DNA of 36,826 nucleotides, taken from assembly GCA_037128175.1 (NCBI GenBank), contig JBAXWY010000026.1, positions 1 to 36,826 on the forward strand, read 5' to 3'. Numbering within the stretch: position 1 is the stretch's first letter; each line of letters begins with the position of its first letter. Shown here one piece after another: positions 28,831 to 36,826 of the stretch. The notes beneath the pieces were generated by a model. It had not been told where the DNA came from. It searched no databases and was given only the letters and a program-made list of their open reading frames with translations. The translations under genes were made by a program, and so were the position numbers. Origin of the DNA: Methanothrix sp. (lineage in GTDB: Archaea > Halobacteriota > Methanosarcinia > Methanotrichales > Methanotrichaceae).

Positions 28831-30972
28831 TTGATTCGGAAATTGAATCTATTCAGGGTGATTAAGAAGGGCAGTATTAGAACTAATTTAACTGTAGTAA
28901 TTTTATATATTATTTTGACGATGGTACTTACATTTCCTTTGATTTTGCATATGGATAAGTATCTGGATCTGGGTGATCCAGCATTCAACACTTGGGTTTT
29001 GGCATGGGATGTACATAGTCTTACAACAGATCCTTTAAATTTATTCAACACAAATATATTCTATCCGCTTACTAAGAATACGTTGGCCTTTTCCGAGCAT
29101 CTTATTGCTGACATGTTGGTTGCTTTTCCTGTGATTATAATTACTCACAATCCAATATTAGCATATAATATAATTTTATTTCTATCTTTTGTTTTATCCG
29201 GTTTTGGAATGTTTTTATTAATTAATTATTACATAAAGGACGACTATTCCGCGTTTTTAGGTGGAATTGTTTTCGCTTTTTGTACAATTCGATTTGCTCA
29301 TATCGGTCATTTGCAACTACTTACTGCGCAATGGATGCCATTTGCGCTATTATATTTAGATAAATTTTTGCATAAAGGTGATTCTAAGAATTTGGCCATT
29401 TTATACGTGTTTTATGTTCTGCAAATTTTATCCTGTTGGTATCACGCTTTTTACATAACAATCACACTGGGAGTGTATACGTTATGCATTTTCATGATAA
29501 ATAAAGATCTGCGTAGAAACCTGTTCCAACACTCATTTCAAATTAAGTCGATTTTGTTCCTAATCTGTACCTTAGCTGTCGTCGCGCCTTTTGCATATCC
29601 TTATATTCAAGTCGCTAATGAATATGGTTTTACAAGAACGCTCGATGAAGTAAGTTTTTATTCAGCAGATGTGGGCGAATATTTGCTTACTCCGATCAAT
29701 AATTTGGTTTACGGGATGCCCTCTTATCCTTTTCCGGCTAATTGGAATTTCAGCGAGCATTCACTATTTCCAGGAATAACCGTAATAATGTTGTCACTCT
29801 ATGGAATCTTCCTTTTAATGAAGCTTAAACTGGATGGTAAAAATAGACTCGCCTTGATCAACCTATCAAATAAAATGCAAAATATCTATATATCAATTGC
29901 GCTAATTGCTTTTATACTCTCGCTGGGGTACCCGCTGCATTTTTTTGGTCATATATTGAATATTGATTTGCCATATAAATATCTATTTGAGTATCTTCCC
30001 GGATTTAAATCCATGCGAGTGCCATCCAGATTTGGATTTATTGTTATGCTCTCATTGAGTGTGTTGGCTGCATATGGCTTGAATAGATTTATTGAATCAA
30101 AACCAAAAATTAAAAAAGTAGCAATATCTTTTATATTTGTATTACTTATCATAAGTGAATCATTATATATTCCCGTATTTGGCGGGACAATGCCTGTTGG
30201 TCGAGAAATCCCCGACGTATATCAGTGGTTGGCAAATGAATCCGGCGATTTTGCTATTGTTGAGCTACCATCAGAGCTTTATAGTGACTCAAAATATATG
30301 TATTACTCCATATATCATTGGAAAAAATTAGTCAACGGATATAGCGGTTTTGTTCCTGACACTTACTCAGAGACGATGAGTACACTAATGTCGTTTCCAT
30401 CAAATGAATCAGTCGGTCTCTTAAAAATGATTGGTGTTAAATATGTGGTGATTCACACAAAAAATATGGACATATCTCAGTGGAATCACACTAATGCTGC
30501 AATCAAGGACAATCCTAATGAGATTCGTCTTAGAAAAAATTTTGGCGAAGATTATGTATACGAAATAAATCACTCATACTCAAATATTGCACTTAGTAAT
30601 ACTCGCATTTATGGCACTACCGGATATTATGCCTATGAGGACTGGCTTGGCATTCCTACTCGTTGGATGCGAGCAGATGGCACAATTAATGTTTTATCGG
30701 CCGAGAACCGCACCGCCAACCTGAGCCTGCAGGCGCAGAGCTTCAATCGTAACCGGACACTGGAGATCTCTACCGGCGGCGCGCCTGCCGCACAGGTTGC
30801 CGTACCCACGAGTCTCATCAACGTGAACGTGCCATTACAGCTCGCGAAAGGTGAAAACACCGTGCGGCTGCACGTGCCCGAGGGCTGCGAGCGGCCGTGT
30901 GATATCAAAGAACTGAATAGCCTTGATTCAAGATGCTTGAGCGTGGCAGTGCAGAATATCACCGTAGCGTGA
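28831..30972 (+). CDS. YfhO-like/GT-C membrane protein with C-terminal 'PxRWM...CERPCD' module
   Basis: GDPAFNTWVLAWD, NIFYP, LAFSEH, GHLQ, LFPG, MRVPSRF, HWKKLVNGYSGF.P; last ~115 aa (~30622-30969) are shared with the downstream lipoprotein. Confidence 0.75.
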   Translation: MIRKLNLFRVIKKGSIRTNLTVVILYIILTMVLTFPLILHMDKYLDLGDPAFNTWVLAWDVHSLTTDPLNLFNTNIFYPLTKNTLAFSEHLIADMLVAFPVIIITHNPILAYNIILFLSFVLSGFGMFLLINYYIKDDYSAFLGGIVFAFCTIRFAHIGHLQLLTAQWMPFALLYLDKFLHKGDSKNLAILYVFYVLQILSCWYHAFYITITLGVYTLCIFMINKDLRRNLFQHSFQIKSILFLICTLAVVAPFAYPYIQVANEYGFTRTLDEVSFYSADVGEYLLTPINNLVYGMPSYPFPANWNFSEHSLFPGITVIMLSLYGIFLLMKLKLDGKNRLALINLSNKMQNIYISIALIAFILSLGYPLHFFGHILNIDLPYKYLFEYLPGFKSMRVPSRFGFIVMLSLSVLAAYGLNRFIESKPKIKKVAISFIFVLLIISESLYIPVFGGTMPVGREIPDVYQWLANESGDFAIVELPSELYSDSKYMYYSIYHWKKLVNGYSGFVPDTYSETMSTLMSFPSNESVGLLKMIGVKYVVIHTKNMDISQWNHTNAAIKDNPNEIRLRKNFGEDYVYEINHSYSNIALSNTRIYGTTGYYAYEDWLGIPTRWMRADGTINVLSAENRTANLSLQAQSFNRNRTLEISTGGAPAAQVAVPTSLINVNVPLQLAKGENTVRLHVPEGCERPCDIKELNSLDSRCLSVAVQNITVA

Positions 30973-31053
30973 ATATGGCTCCAATGACCTTTATATGCCA
31001 GGAGATGATTGTATTATCGAGAGCAATAAATGGCAAGAAGGATGAGATCATAA

Positions 31054-31926
31054 ATGCAGATATGTAAGTCATTAGTCTTCATAATATCCTTGGCAATTAT
31101 CGCATGTAGTGGCTGTTTGAATGAAACAAAACAAGATGAGACGCAAGAAAATGTACAACAGAATTTTTCGTCCTTCATGGCTTTTAGCTCAGGCTTCTAT
31201 AATGTCGAGAACTGGTACGGCACCCCGTCTCGCTGGATGCAAGCCAAAGCCACCCTCCTGGTAAACTCGTCTGATGACCGCACCGCCTTCCTAAGCCTGA
31301 ATACGCAGAGCTTCCACCGCAACCGGACGCTTGAAGTCTATGCTGGTGATGAGCTTCTGACAAAGGCGGCAATACCAACGAAAGGCTTCGTCGAGATTGA
31401 GACGCCCGTCCATCTGCTGAAGGGCATAAACACCCTCAGACTTAGCGTCCCCGAAGGCTGCGAGCGGCCGTGTGATATTGAGGAGCTTAACAGCACAGAT
31501 AAGCGGTGTTTAAGCGTGGCTGTTCAGAACTTAGCTCTGGGCGAGAGGAAGTCCGGCCAGTTGAAATACCTCAAGGGCTTCTATAATATCGAGAACAGGT
31601 ACGGCATCCCGTCCCGCTGGATGCAGGCCAACGCTACCCTGCTGGTAAACTCGTCTGAGAATCGCACCGCCACCTTGAGCCTGCAGGCGCAGAGCTTCGA
31701 TCGCAACCGTACCCTGGAGATCTCTACCGGCGGCGCGCCTGCCACGCAGGTTGCCGTACCCACGAGTCTCATCAACGTGAACGTTCCATTGCAGCTCGCG
31801 AAAGGTGAAAACACCGTGCGGCTGCACGTGCCCGAGGGCTGCGAGCGGCCGTGTGATATCAAAGAGCTGAATAGCTCTGATGACAGGTGCCTGAGCGTGG
31901 CAGTTCAGAATCTCAGTGTAACGTAA
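31054..31926 (+). CDS. Predicted archaeal lipoprotein made of two copies of the 'PxRWM...CERPCD' module
   Basis: Signal peptide ending IIACSGC (lipobox), a polar linker, then repeats at ~31192-31533 and ~31576-31923. Confidence 0.8.
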   Translation: MQICKSLVFIISLAIIACSGCLNETKQDETQENVQQNFSSFMAFSSGFYNVENWYGTPSRWMQAKATLLVNSSDDRTAFLSLNTQSFHRNRTLEVYAGDELLTKAAIPTKGFVEIETPVHLLKGINTLRLSVPEGCERPCDIEELNSTDKRCLSVAVQNLALGERKSGQLKYLKGFYNIENRYGIPSRWMQANATLLVNSSENRTATLSLQAQSFDRNRTLEISTGGAPATQVAVPTSLINVNVPLQLAKGENTVRLHVPEGCERPCDIKELNSSDDRCLSVAVQNLSVT

Positions 31927-32231
31927 TATAGTCACAGCCGGTCTAAATGCGATCGATAATGACGGGATAAAAATGCCTGCCAACATTTATCTCTGCTTGT
32001 TGGGCACGCTATCTGCTAAACCCTTATCTTTCCGGCAGGATTTGGACCCTAATAGGCTCGCAAGATTCGCGAATACTACGGCGAAGGAAAGCGGCTTGGC
32101 GGTCATTCTCGCTCCGAGACGGCTAAGGAATTCGGGATCCACGAGGGGTAGGCAGATAAAGTGATGCGTACGGAGAAAAGATCCTAAAGCCTTGAGAAAG
32201 TTTGATAGGCGGCTTAGGGAGAAGGAGATAT

Positions 32232-33323
32232 ATGGACCCAAATGAACTAATATATTATGCATATAATATTCTACTAGGCCGAGATCCTGATCCAGAAGGA
32301 CTTGATTTCTGGACCAAGCAATTGCAAAACAAAAGCAAAGATGCTTTTTTATCAGCCATAGTACAATCTGAAGAATTTAGTAATCACCATCCCAGTTGGT
32401 TGAAATTACAGAACGAAATATCTCCCCATCATATATACAGTGGATATAATGATTCCGATATCGAAATGATGCACAAATATATACTAAACTCTGCCCGACT
32501 GCATGATGATCATTTCGTGGATGGCTTCGGCCAAAGGACGCTTCTAACAAGCGTGCCTTTTGCTTCAAAATTCAATTTAAATCGTCTGACTATGCCCGTG
32601 CCGGATGATGGTTTCCACGCAGAAGCACTGGAATATATAGCTCTGATCGATTCGATTACACGGTCTAAAGGTAGTTTTTGCGCGGTGGAGATAGGCGCGG
32701 GTTGGGGCCCCTGGATCTCGTTGGCTGGTGTTTTGGCCCGTGCCCAGAAGTTTTCGAATATTAACTTGGTTGGGGTCGAGGGTCTTCCAGCTCGATTTGA
32801 ATTGATGAAAAGGCAATTGGCCTTCAATGGCCTACGCCCCAATTCCCAGGGGACGGATACGCTTCTTGGTAATATTCATTGCAAATTATTCGAAGGCGCT
32901 GCTGGTGTCAAGTCGGGTCATTTATTTTTTCCCGATGTTTCTGTGATGGATATGGGGTCGGCGGCATCTACTGAAGATAATCAAACGGATTATCGTGGAT
33001 TGGATAATAAAAATATTAAAGTAAAGTCCTACGCTCTTTCTGAAATAATGGAAGATTTAAAGAAAATTGATTATCTACATATAGACATCCAAGGCTCGGA
33101 ATATGACTTAATAGCAGCAAATTTGACCTTGCTTAACGAACGAGTTGCCGGACTGATGATAGCTACGCATAGCCGGGTTATCGAGGGAAAACTCATTGAG
33201 TTGCTTTATGGGGCTGGCTGGCTCCTGCATCGAGAAAAACCTTGCAGAGTTGATTGGGGATTAAAGATTCCCAGCCTAACGGGCATGACTGTGGTAGATG
33301 GTTGTCAATATTGGAGAAAATGA
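32232..33323 (+). CDS. FkbM-like SAM methyltransferase with N-terminal DUF4214-like domain
   Basis: AGGAGA RBS before ATG 32232; AYNILLGRDPDPEGLDFW...SEEF; VEIGAGWGPW; IDYLHIDIQGSE; IATHS. Confidence 0.78.
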   Translation: MDPNELIYYAYNILLGRDPDPEGLDFWTKQLQNKSKDAFLSAIVQSEEFSNHHPSWLKLQNEISPHHIYSGYNDSDIEMMHKYILNSARLHDDHFVDGFGQRTLLTSVPFASKFNLNRLTMPVPDDGFHAEALEYIALIDSITRSKGSFCAVEIGAGWGPWISLAGVLARAQKFSNINLVGVEGLPARFELMKRQLAFNGLRPNSQGTDTLLGNIHCKLFEGAAGVKSGHLFFPDVSVMDMGSAASTEDNQTDYRGLDNKNIKVKSYALSEIMEDLKKIDYLHIDIQGSEYDLIAANLTLLNERVAGLMIATHSRVIEGKLIELLYGAGWLLHREKPCRVDWGLKIPSLTGMTVVDGCQYWRK

Positions 33324-33354
33324 GATACATCCAAAGGACACAATCTGGGCATAG

Positions 33355-33655
33355 ATCAATTGTGACTTCTACTTATCTATCTGGAGCGGCATAAGGTCTT
33401 GTTACGCCTTTGTGCCCGATTTTTTGTCCGGGCTTTCCTTTGTTGTCCTTATCCGGATCTTTTTTGCGATTGCGGCCACGTCTTAGACTTGGTGGGGTAT
33501 GTGCATCCTCATATTGGGCTAGTTCGGGCTTCAAGCTCGTGGATCCTAGTCTTAAGCAGATCAATTTCATTTAATTTTGCCATAAGCAACTCAATATCAA
33601 GACTCAATTGCTCGTTCTGTTCCAGAAGTTGCTTGTAATCTGCACTTTCGTCCAT
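33355..33655 (-). mobile_element. IS66-family transposase 5' remnant (frameshifted, truncated)
   Basis: Leucine-zipper-like start MDESADYKQLLEQNEQL...RIHELEAR, a frameshift, then LAQYEDAHTPPSL...KPGQKIGHKGVTR...PDR and a stop. Confidence 0.72.
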
Positions 33656-33889
33656 ACTCCCAATGAAAAAGTATTATCATCATATTATTTAATTTTTCTG
33701 GTCTAAATGGGTTAGAGGGAAATTTACATGATTAACGTGGGAGCTAGACACATACGAGAAAATTATAAGATCGAATCGAAGTGAAACCATTCGCATATGG
33801 TCATATTACAATATGTGTTGATATAAAATTGGCTGATTTACGAATCATCTCTTAACCTAAGACGAAGACCAATGGAACCGGAAATAAAA

Positions 33890-35419
33890 CTAATCAATAT
33901 AAATCGGTTTAGAACCAACTCTCTCGAACCAGGTAACCTGCTCGGATACTAAGTCTAACGCCAATCTCCCTGGCGTACTCATAGGTATCTCAGCATTTAT
34001 TCTTATCGTCTCTCCAGGAAGTATATCTTTTCCCAGACACATTCTATAAAATCCTTCTTTTAATAGTTTATTACCATCATATAAATGTACTCCTAGCTTT
34101 ACCACGCCAATATCTCTTATATTTTCATGAAGCCACTTGGTCGGCCCCGTGTTTTTAATTTGCAGCGCAATTTTAGCTGGATTACCTGGCTTGAAATCTA
34201 TCAGCTCCATATGATGCATCAAGCCAAAGACGCAACGGCTGTCTGGCATAAAATTGCCCTTTATTAAGAAGAACACAGGGCCATTTTTTGTTTGAGTCGA
34301 TAACGCTTTGCATATTTTTTTTGGGATATTATTTGAAATTACCTTCTTGTAATCCACAATGTCTATATCACAATCCAGGGCGGATTTTATGCGCATCTCG
34401 CTGAAACCGATTTCTTTCGCTATTTGCCAGATTTCTTCAAGACAAATATTATTTTCTAGTACATTGAAATATCTCATTTCCATCTGGGACTCAGGAGAGC
34501 ATGAATGCTCTCTACCCGGCTCGCTAAATCCAATTAATCCACCAGGTTTTAACACTCTGTACATTTCCCGCAATACCTCTTCCTGGTTAGGAACATGGTG
34601 AAACGTATCAAAACAAATTATTCTGTCCACCGATTCTGATTCCATGCTCAGGTTATGACCATCAAACTGTAGAAATTGGGGTGGTGAAGATATATAATCT
34701 CCAATTATGGGATAATCCTTAAATAGCCTTTTTCCTATTTCTAGAGCCGTGCTTGAACAATCAACAGATATTGTTGTGCACTGCATTTGGTTTACCCATC
34801 GAGATAACCAGCATGATCCTGCACCAAAGTCCAGCACGGACATGGTTTTTCCCAAATACAAGCCGTTAAAGAGCAAGCCTAAACGAAATAAATATGAAGG
34901 CGCAGCAACAGGGTCTGAGAAAGGACGGCCTATCAAATAACAAGGATCTTCAATAGCCTTATAGCGTAAGTCCGCGGTAGTGCATAATTCCTCAACAGTC
35001 AAGTCCTTTATGATTTGCCTAGGATCAATTTCGTTTTCCATATGGCTTTTTAGGCACTCGACTCCATCTATCTGAATATTTTGAAATGCAATGCCCAGCG
35101 ATCTTGAATCTGCGCTCTCGCTCACATCACATGGTCTGTTGGACCCTTCTTTCACAATGAATTGTATAGTGTTTTCTCCAGGTTCAAGTGCCACATTTAA
35201 TTCTTGATGTTCCAATGAAGTTGAGACAATTTGCCTTTTTAATAGTTTTCTTACGTAAACCTCTATGGTCCTCTGTTTATAGAAGCTTATAATTTCAAAA
35301 CTGATGATTGCATTGCGTCGATTGGCTGAATAAATCCTAATTGAAGCGTCTCGGTCAATCCAGCGAGCTGGTCCATTTTGCCAGTGCTCCAAAGGGTGCC
35401 AGTCTCCTAAGAACTCCAC
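33890..35419 (-). CDS. Class I SAM methyltransferase with N-terminal 'PxRW...RPCD' module and C-terminal Ig-like domain
   Basis: VLDFGAGSCW, VD, ESVDRIICFDTFHHVP, YRVLKPGG..FSEPG; C-terminal IKNTG..W...LGVH...PGET...DLVSEQVTWF. Confidence 0.85.
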   Translation of the reverse strand: MEFLGDWHPLEHWQNGPARWIDRDASIRIYSANRRNAIISFEIISFYKQRTIEVYVRKLLKRQIVSTSLEHQELNVALEPGENTIQFIVKEGSNRPCDVSESADSRSLGIAFQNIQIDGVECLKSHMENEIDPRQIIKDLTVEELCTTADLRYKAIEDPCYLIGRPFSDPVAAPSYLFRLGLLFNGLYLGKTMSVLDFGAGSCWLSRWVNQMQCTTISVDCSSTALEIGKRLFKDYPIIGDYISSPPQFLQFDGHNLSMESESVDRIICFDTFHHVPNQEEVLREMYRVLKPGGLIGFSEPGREHSCSPESQMEMRYFNVLENNICLEEIWQIAKEIGFSEMRIKSALDCDIDIVDYKKVISNNIPKKICKALSTQTKNGPVFFLIKGNFMPDSRCVFGLMHHMELIDFKPGNPAKIALQIKNTGPTKWLHENIRDIGVVKLGVHLYDGNKLLKEGFYRMCLGKDILPGETIRINAEIPMSTPGRLALDLVSEQVTWFERVGSKPIYID

Positions 35420-35695
35420 TCTGCCACTAAAATTTATAAAATCTCACCACAATTCTACATCTCGAACTTTGCAGATATTATCTTTTTGGTCAAACGGAAG
35501 GATGTAGAATACCGAAAAGCAAAATGCAAAAGTCTTAAATAGATCTGGGGAATTTCTGTTTTCCATTGACATATGCGCTGTTCTTGAAGGGTGCAATGGA
35601 TCTAGGATCGCAGAATACGTTATATTTGGTTTGGGATAAGGTAATATTTATATCAAATGTGGCGGCAATGAACAGGTAATCGGGGTAGCGAAATA

Positions 35696-36826
35696 ATGAC
35701 TTTCATATCCTACGCACAAAATTTTGAAGATATAATTCTCTGGCGGGCGCTGAAGCATATCGAGAATGGGTTCTATATCGATGTGGGTGCGTGGTCCCCT
35801 GATCTCGACACTGTGACGCGCGCTTTCTACGAGCACGGCTGGCGAGGTATTAATGTAGAACCAAATTATGAGTTTCATGCCCAGCTTCAGGCGCGTCGGA
35901 CTCGCGATATTAATTTGCGCATTGCAATAAGTGACAAGCCTGGAACGCTTGTCATGAATTTTTTGAGCAATCCTGGTTTATCGACTCTTGATGAAGCCAT
36001 TGCTCAAAGACATGCCCGTACAGGTTTGACGATCGATAAACAGGATGTAGTGGTCACAAATCTCGCAACCTTGTGGAAACAGCATGTGCCTGAGGACCAA
36101 GACGTCCATTTCCTAAAAGTCGATGTTGAAGGGCTTGAGGAAGCTGCATTACGGGGAAACGACTGGTCAAAATACCGTCCCTGGATCGTCGTCGTTGAGG
36201 CAACCTTGCCTATGTCCCAGCAGGAGAGTCATGATACATGGGAGCCCATGCTCCTCGCTGCAGATTATCGCTTTGCTTATGCCGATGGGCTAAATCGCTT
36301 TTACGTAGCGCATGAGCATGCCGAACTCCTTCCAGCTTTTAAATACCCTCCTAATTTCTTTGACGACTTTAAGTTAAATGCGCAACATCAAGCCGAATTC
36401 AGTGCCCAACAAGCTTTTTCAGAAGCCTCCACCGCCATTATGGCTGAGCGCGAGCGCGTCAAGTGGCTTGAAAACGAATGGAATGCTGCGAAGAATCGCG
36501 TCGAGGAGCAGATCAGCGAGGTTGCTGCAGTCCGTGATCGAACTATGCAGCTTGAGGTCCAGCTAACGAATAGATCACAGTCGCTAGACAGCACTACTCA
36601 GGTACTGACCCTGGAGCGCGAGCGCGTCAAGTGGCTTGAAAACGAATGGAATGCTGCGAAGAGTAGAGCAGAGGAGCAGATCGGCGAGCTTGCTGCAGTC
36701 CGTGATCGAACTATGCAGCTTGAGGTCCAGCTAACGGAAAGATCACAGGCTCTCGACAGCACAACTCAGGCACTGACCCTGGAGCGCGAGCGCGTCAAGT
36801 GGCTTGAAAACGAATGGAATGCTGCG
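35696..36826 (+). CDS. FkbM-family methyltransferase with C-terminal coiled-coil tandem repeats (runs off right end)
   Basis: Not in the ORF track. My translation: MTFISYAQNFEDIILWRALKHIENGFYIDVGAWSP...GWRGINVEP...HFLKVDVEGLE...RPWIVVVEAT...DGLNRFYVA, open to the window end. Confidence 0.92.
   Translation, partial: MTFISYAQNFEDIILWRALKHIENGFYIDVGAWSPDLDTVTRAFYEHGWRGINVEPNYEFHAQLQARRTRDINLRIAISDKPGTLVMNFLSNPGLSTLDEAIAQRHARTGLTIDKQDVVVTNLATLWKQHVPEDQDVHFLKVDVEGLEEAALRGNDWSKYRPWIVVVEATLPMSQQESHDTWEPMLLAADYRFAYADGLNRFYVAHEHAELLPAFKYPPNFFDDFKLNAQHQAEFSAQQAFSEASTAIMAERERVKWLENEWNAAKNRVEEQISEVAAVRDRTMQLEVQLTNRSQSLDSTTQVLTLERERVKWLENEWNAAKSRAEEQIGELAAVRDRTMQLEVQLTERSQALDSTTQALTLERERVKWLENEWNAA
36446..36826 (+). 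repeat. 168-bp (56-aa) coding tandem repeat, at least 2.3 copies
   Basis: GAGCGCGAGCGCGTCAAGTGGCTTGAAAACGAATGGAATGCTGCG starts at 36446, 36614 and 36782. Confidence 0.95.

Noticed and set aside
32010-32110. Imperfect inverted repeat that might be a structured RNA
   Set aside because: Pairing is weak with many mismatches and no recognisable RNA family.

Overview
This window is an accessory cell-envelope island, most likely from a methanogenic archaeon. The Methanothrix/Methanosarcinales-like host call is an inference from TATA-type promoters, an archaeal SGC lipobox and the IS remnants. Left half (1-18.4 kb): five signal-peptide-bearing proteases of five unrelated families (S8 subtilisin, C25 gingipain, C1 papain, a HExxH gluzincin, an M10-like metzincin), each ending in the same fascin-like beta-trefoil repeat module (VALQAANGQYVCAEGGGGGAVVANRNAIGAWETF). 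They flank a ugd-galU-uxs (UDP-xylose) operon. Right half: a glycosylation cluster with a GT2 polyprenol-phosphate glycosyltransferase plus a truncated duplicate, four GT-C-type membrane proteins (two with the fascin module), a UbiA-type phosphoribosyltransferase coupled to a PHP phosphoesterase, an EamA/SMR flippase-like gene, a lipoprotein built from a second mobile module, and three methyltransferases, the last with a 56-aa tandem coiled-coil repeat. Two large ORFs running off the window ends (S8 protease <1..2932 minus; FkbM 35696..>36826 plus) are absent from the supplied ORF track. Best candidate new system: a lipid-linked pentose glycosylation pathway paired with a grafted beta-trefoil reader/anchor module that displays a multi-class protease arsenal on the envelope.
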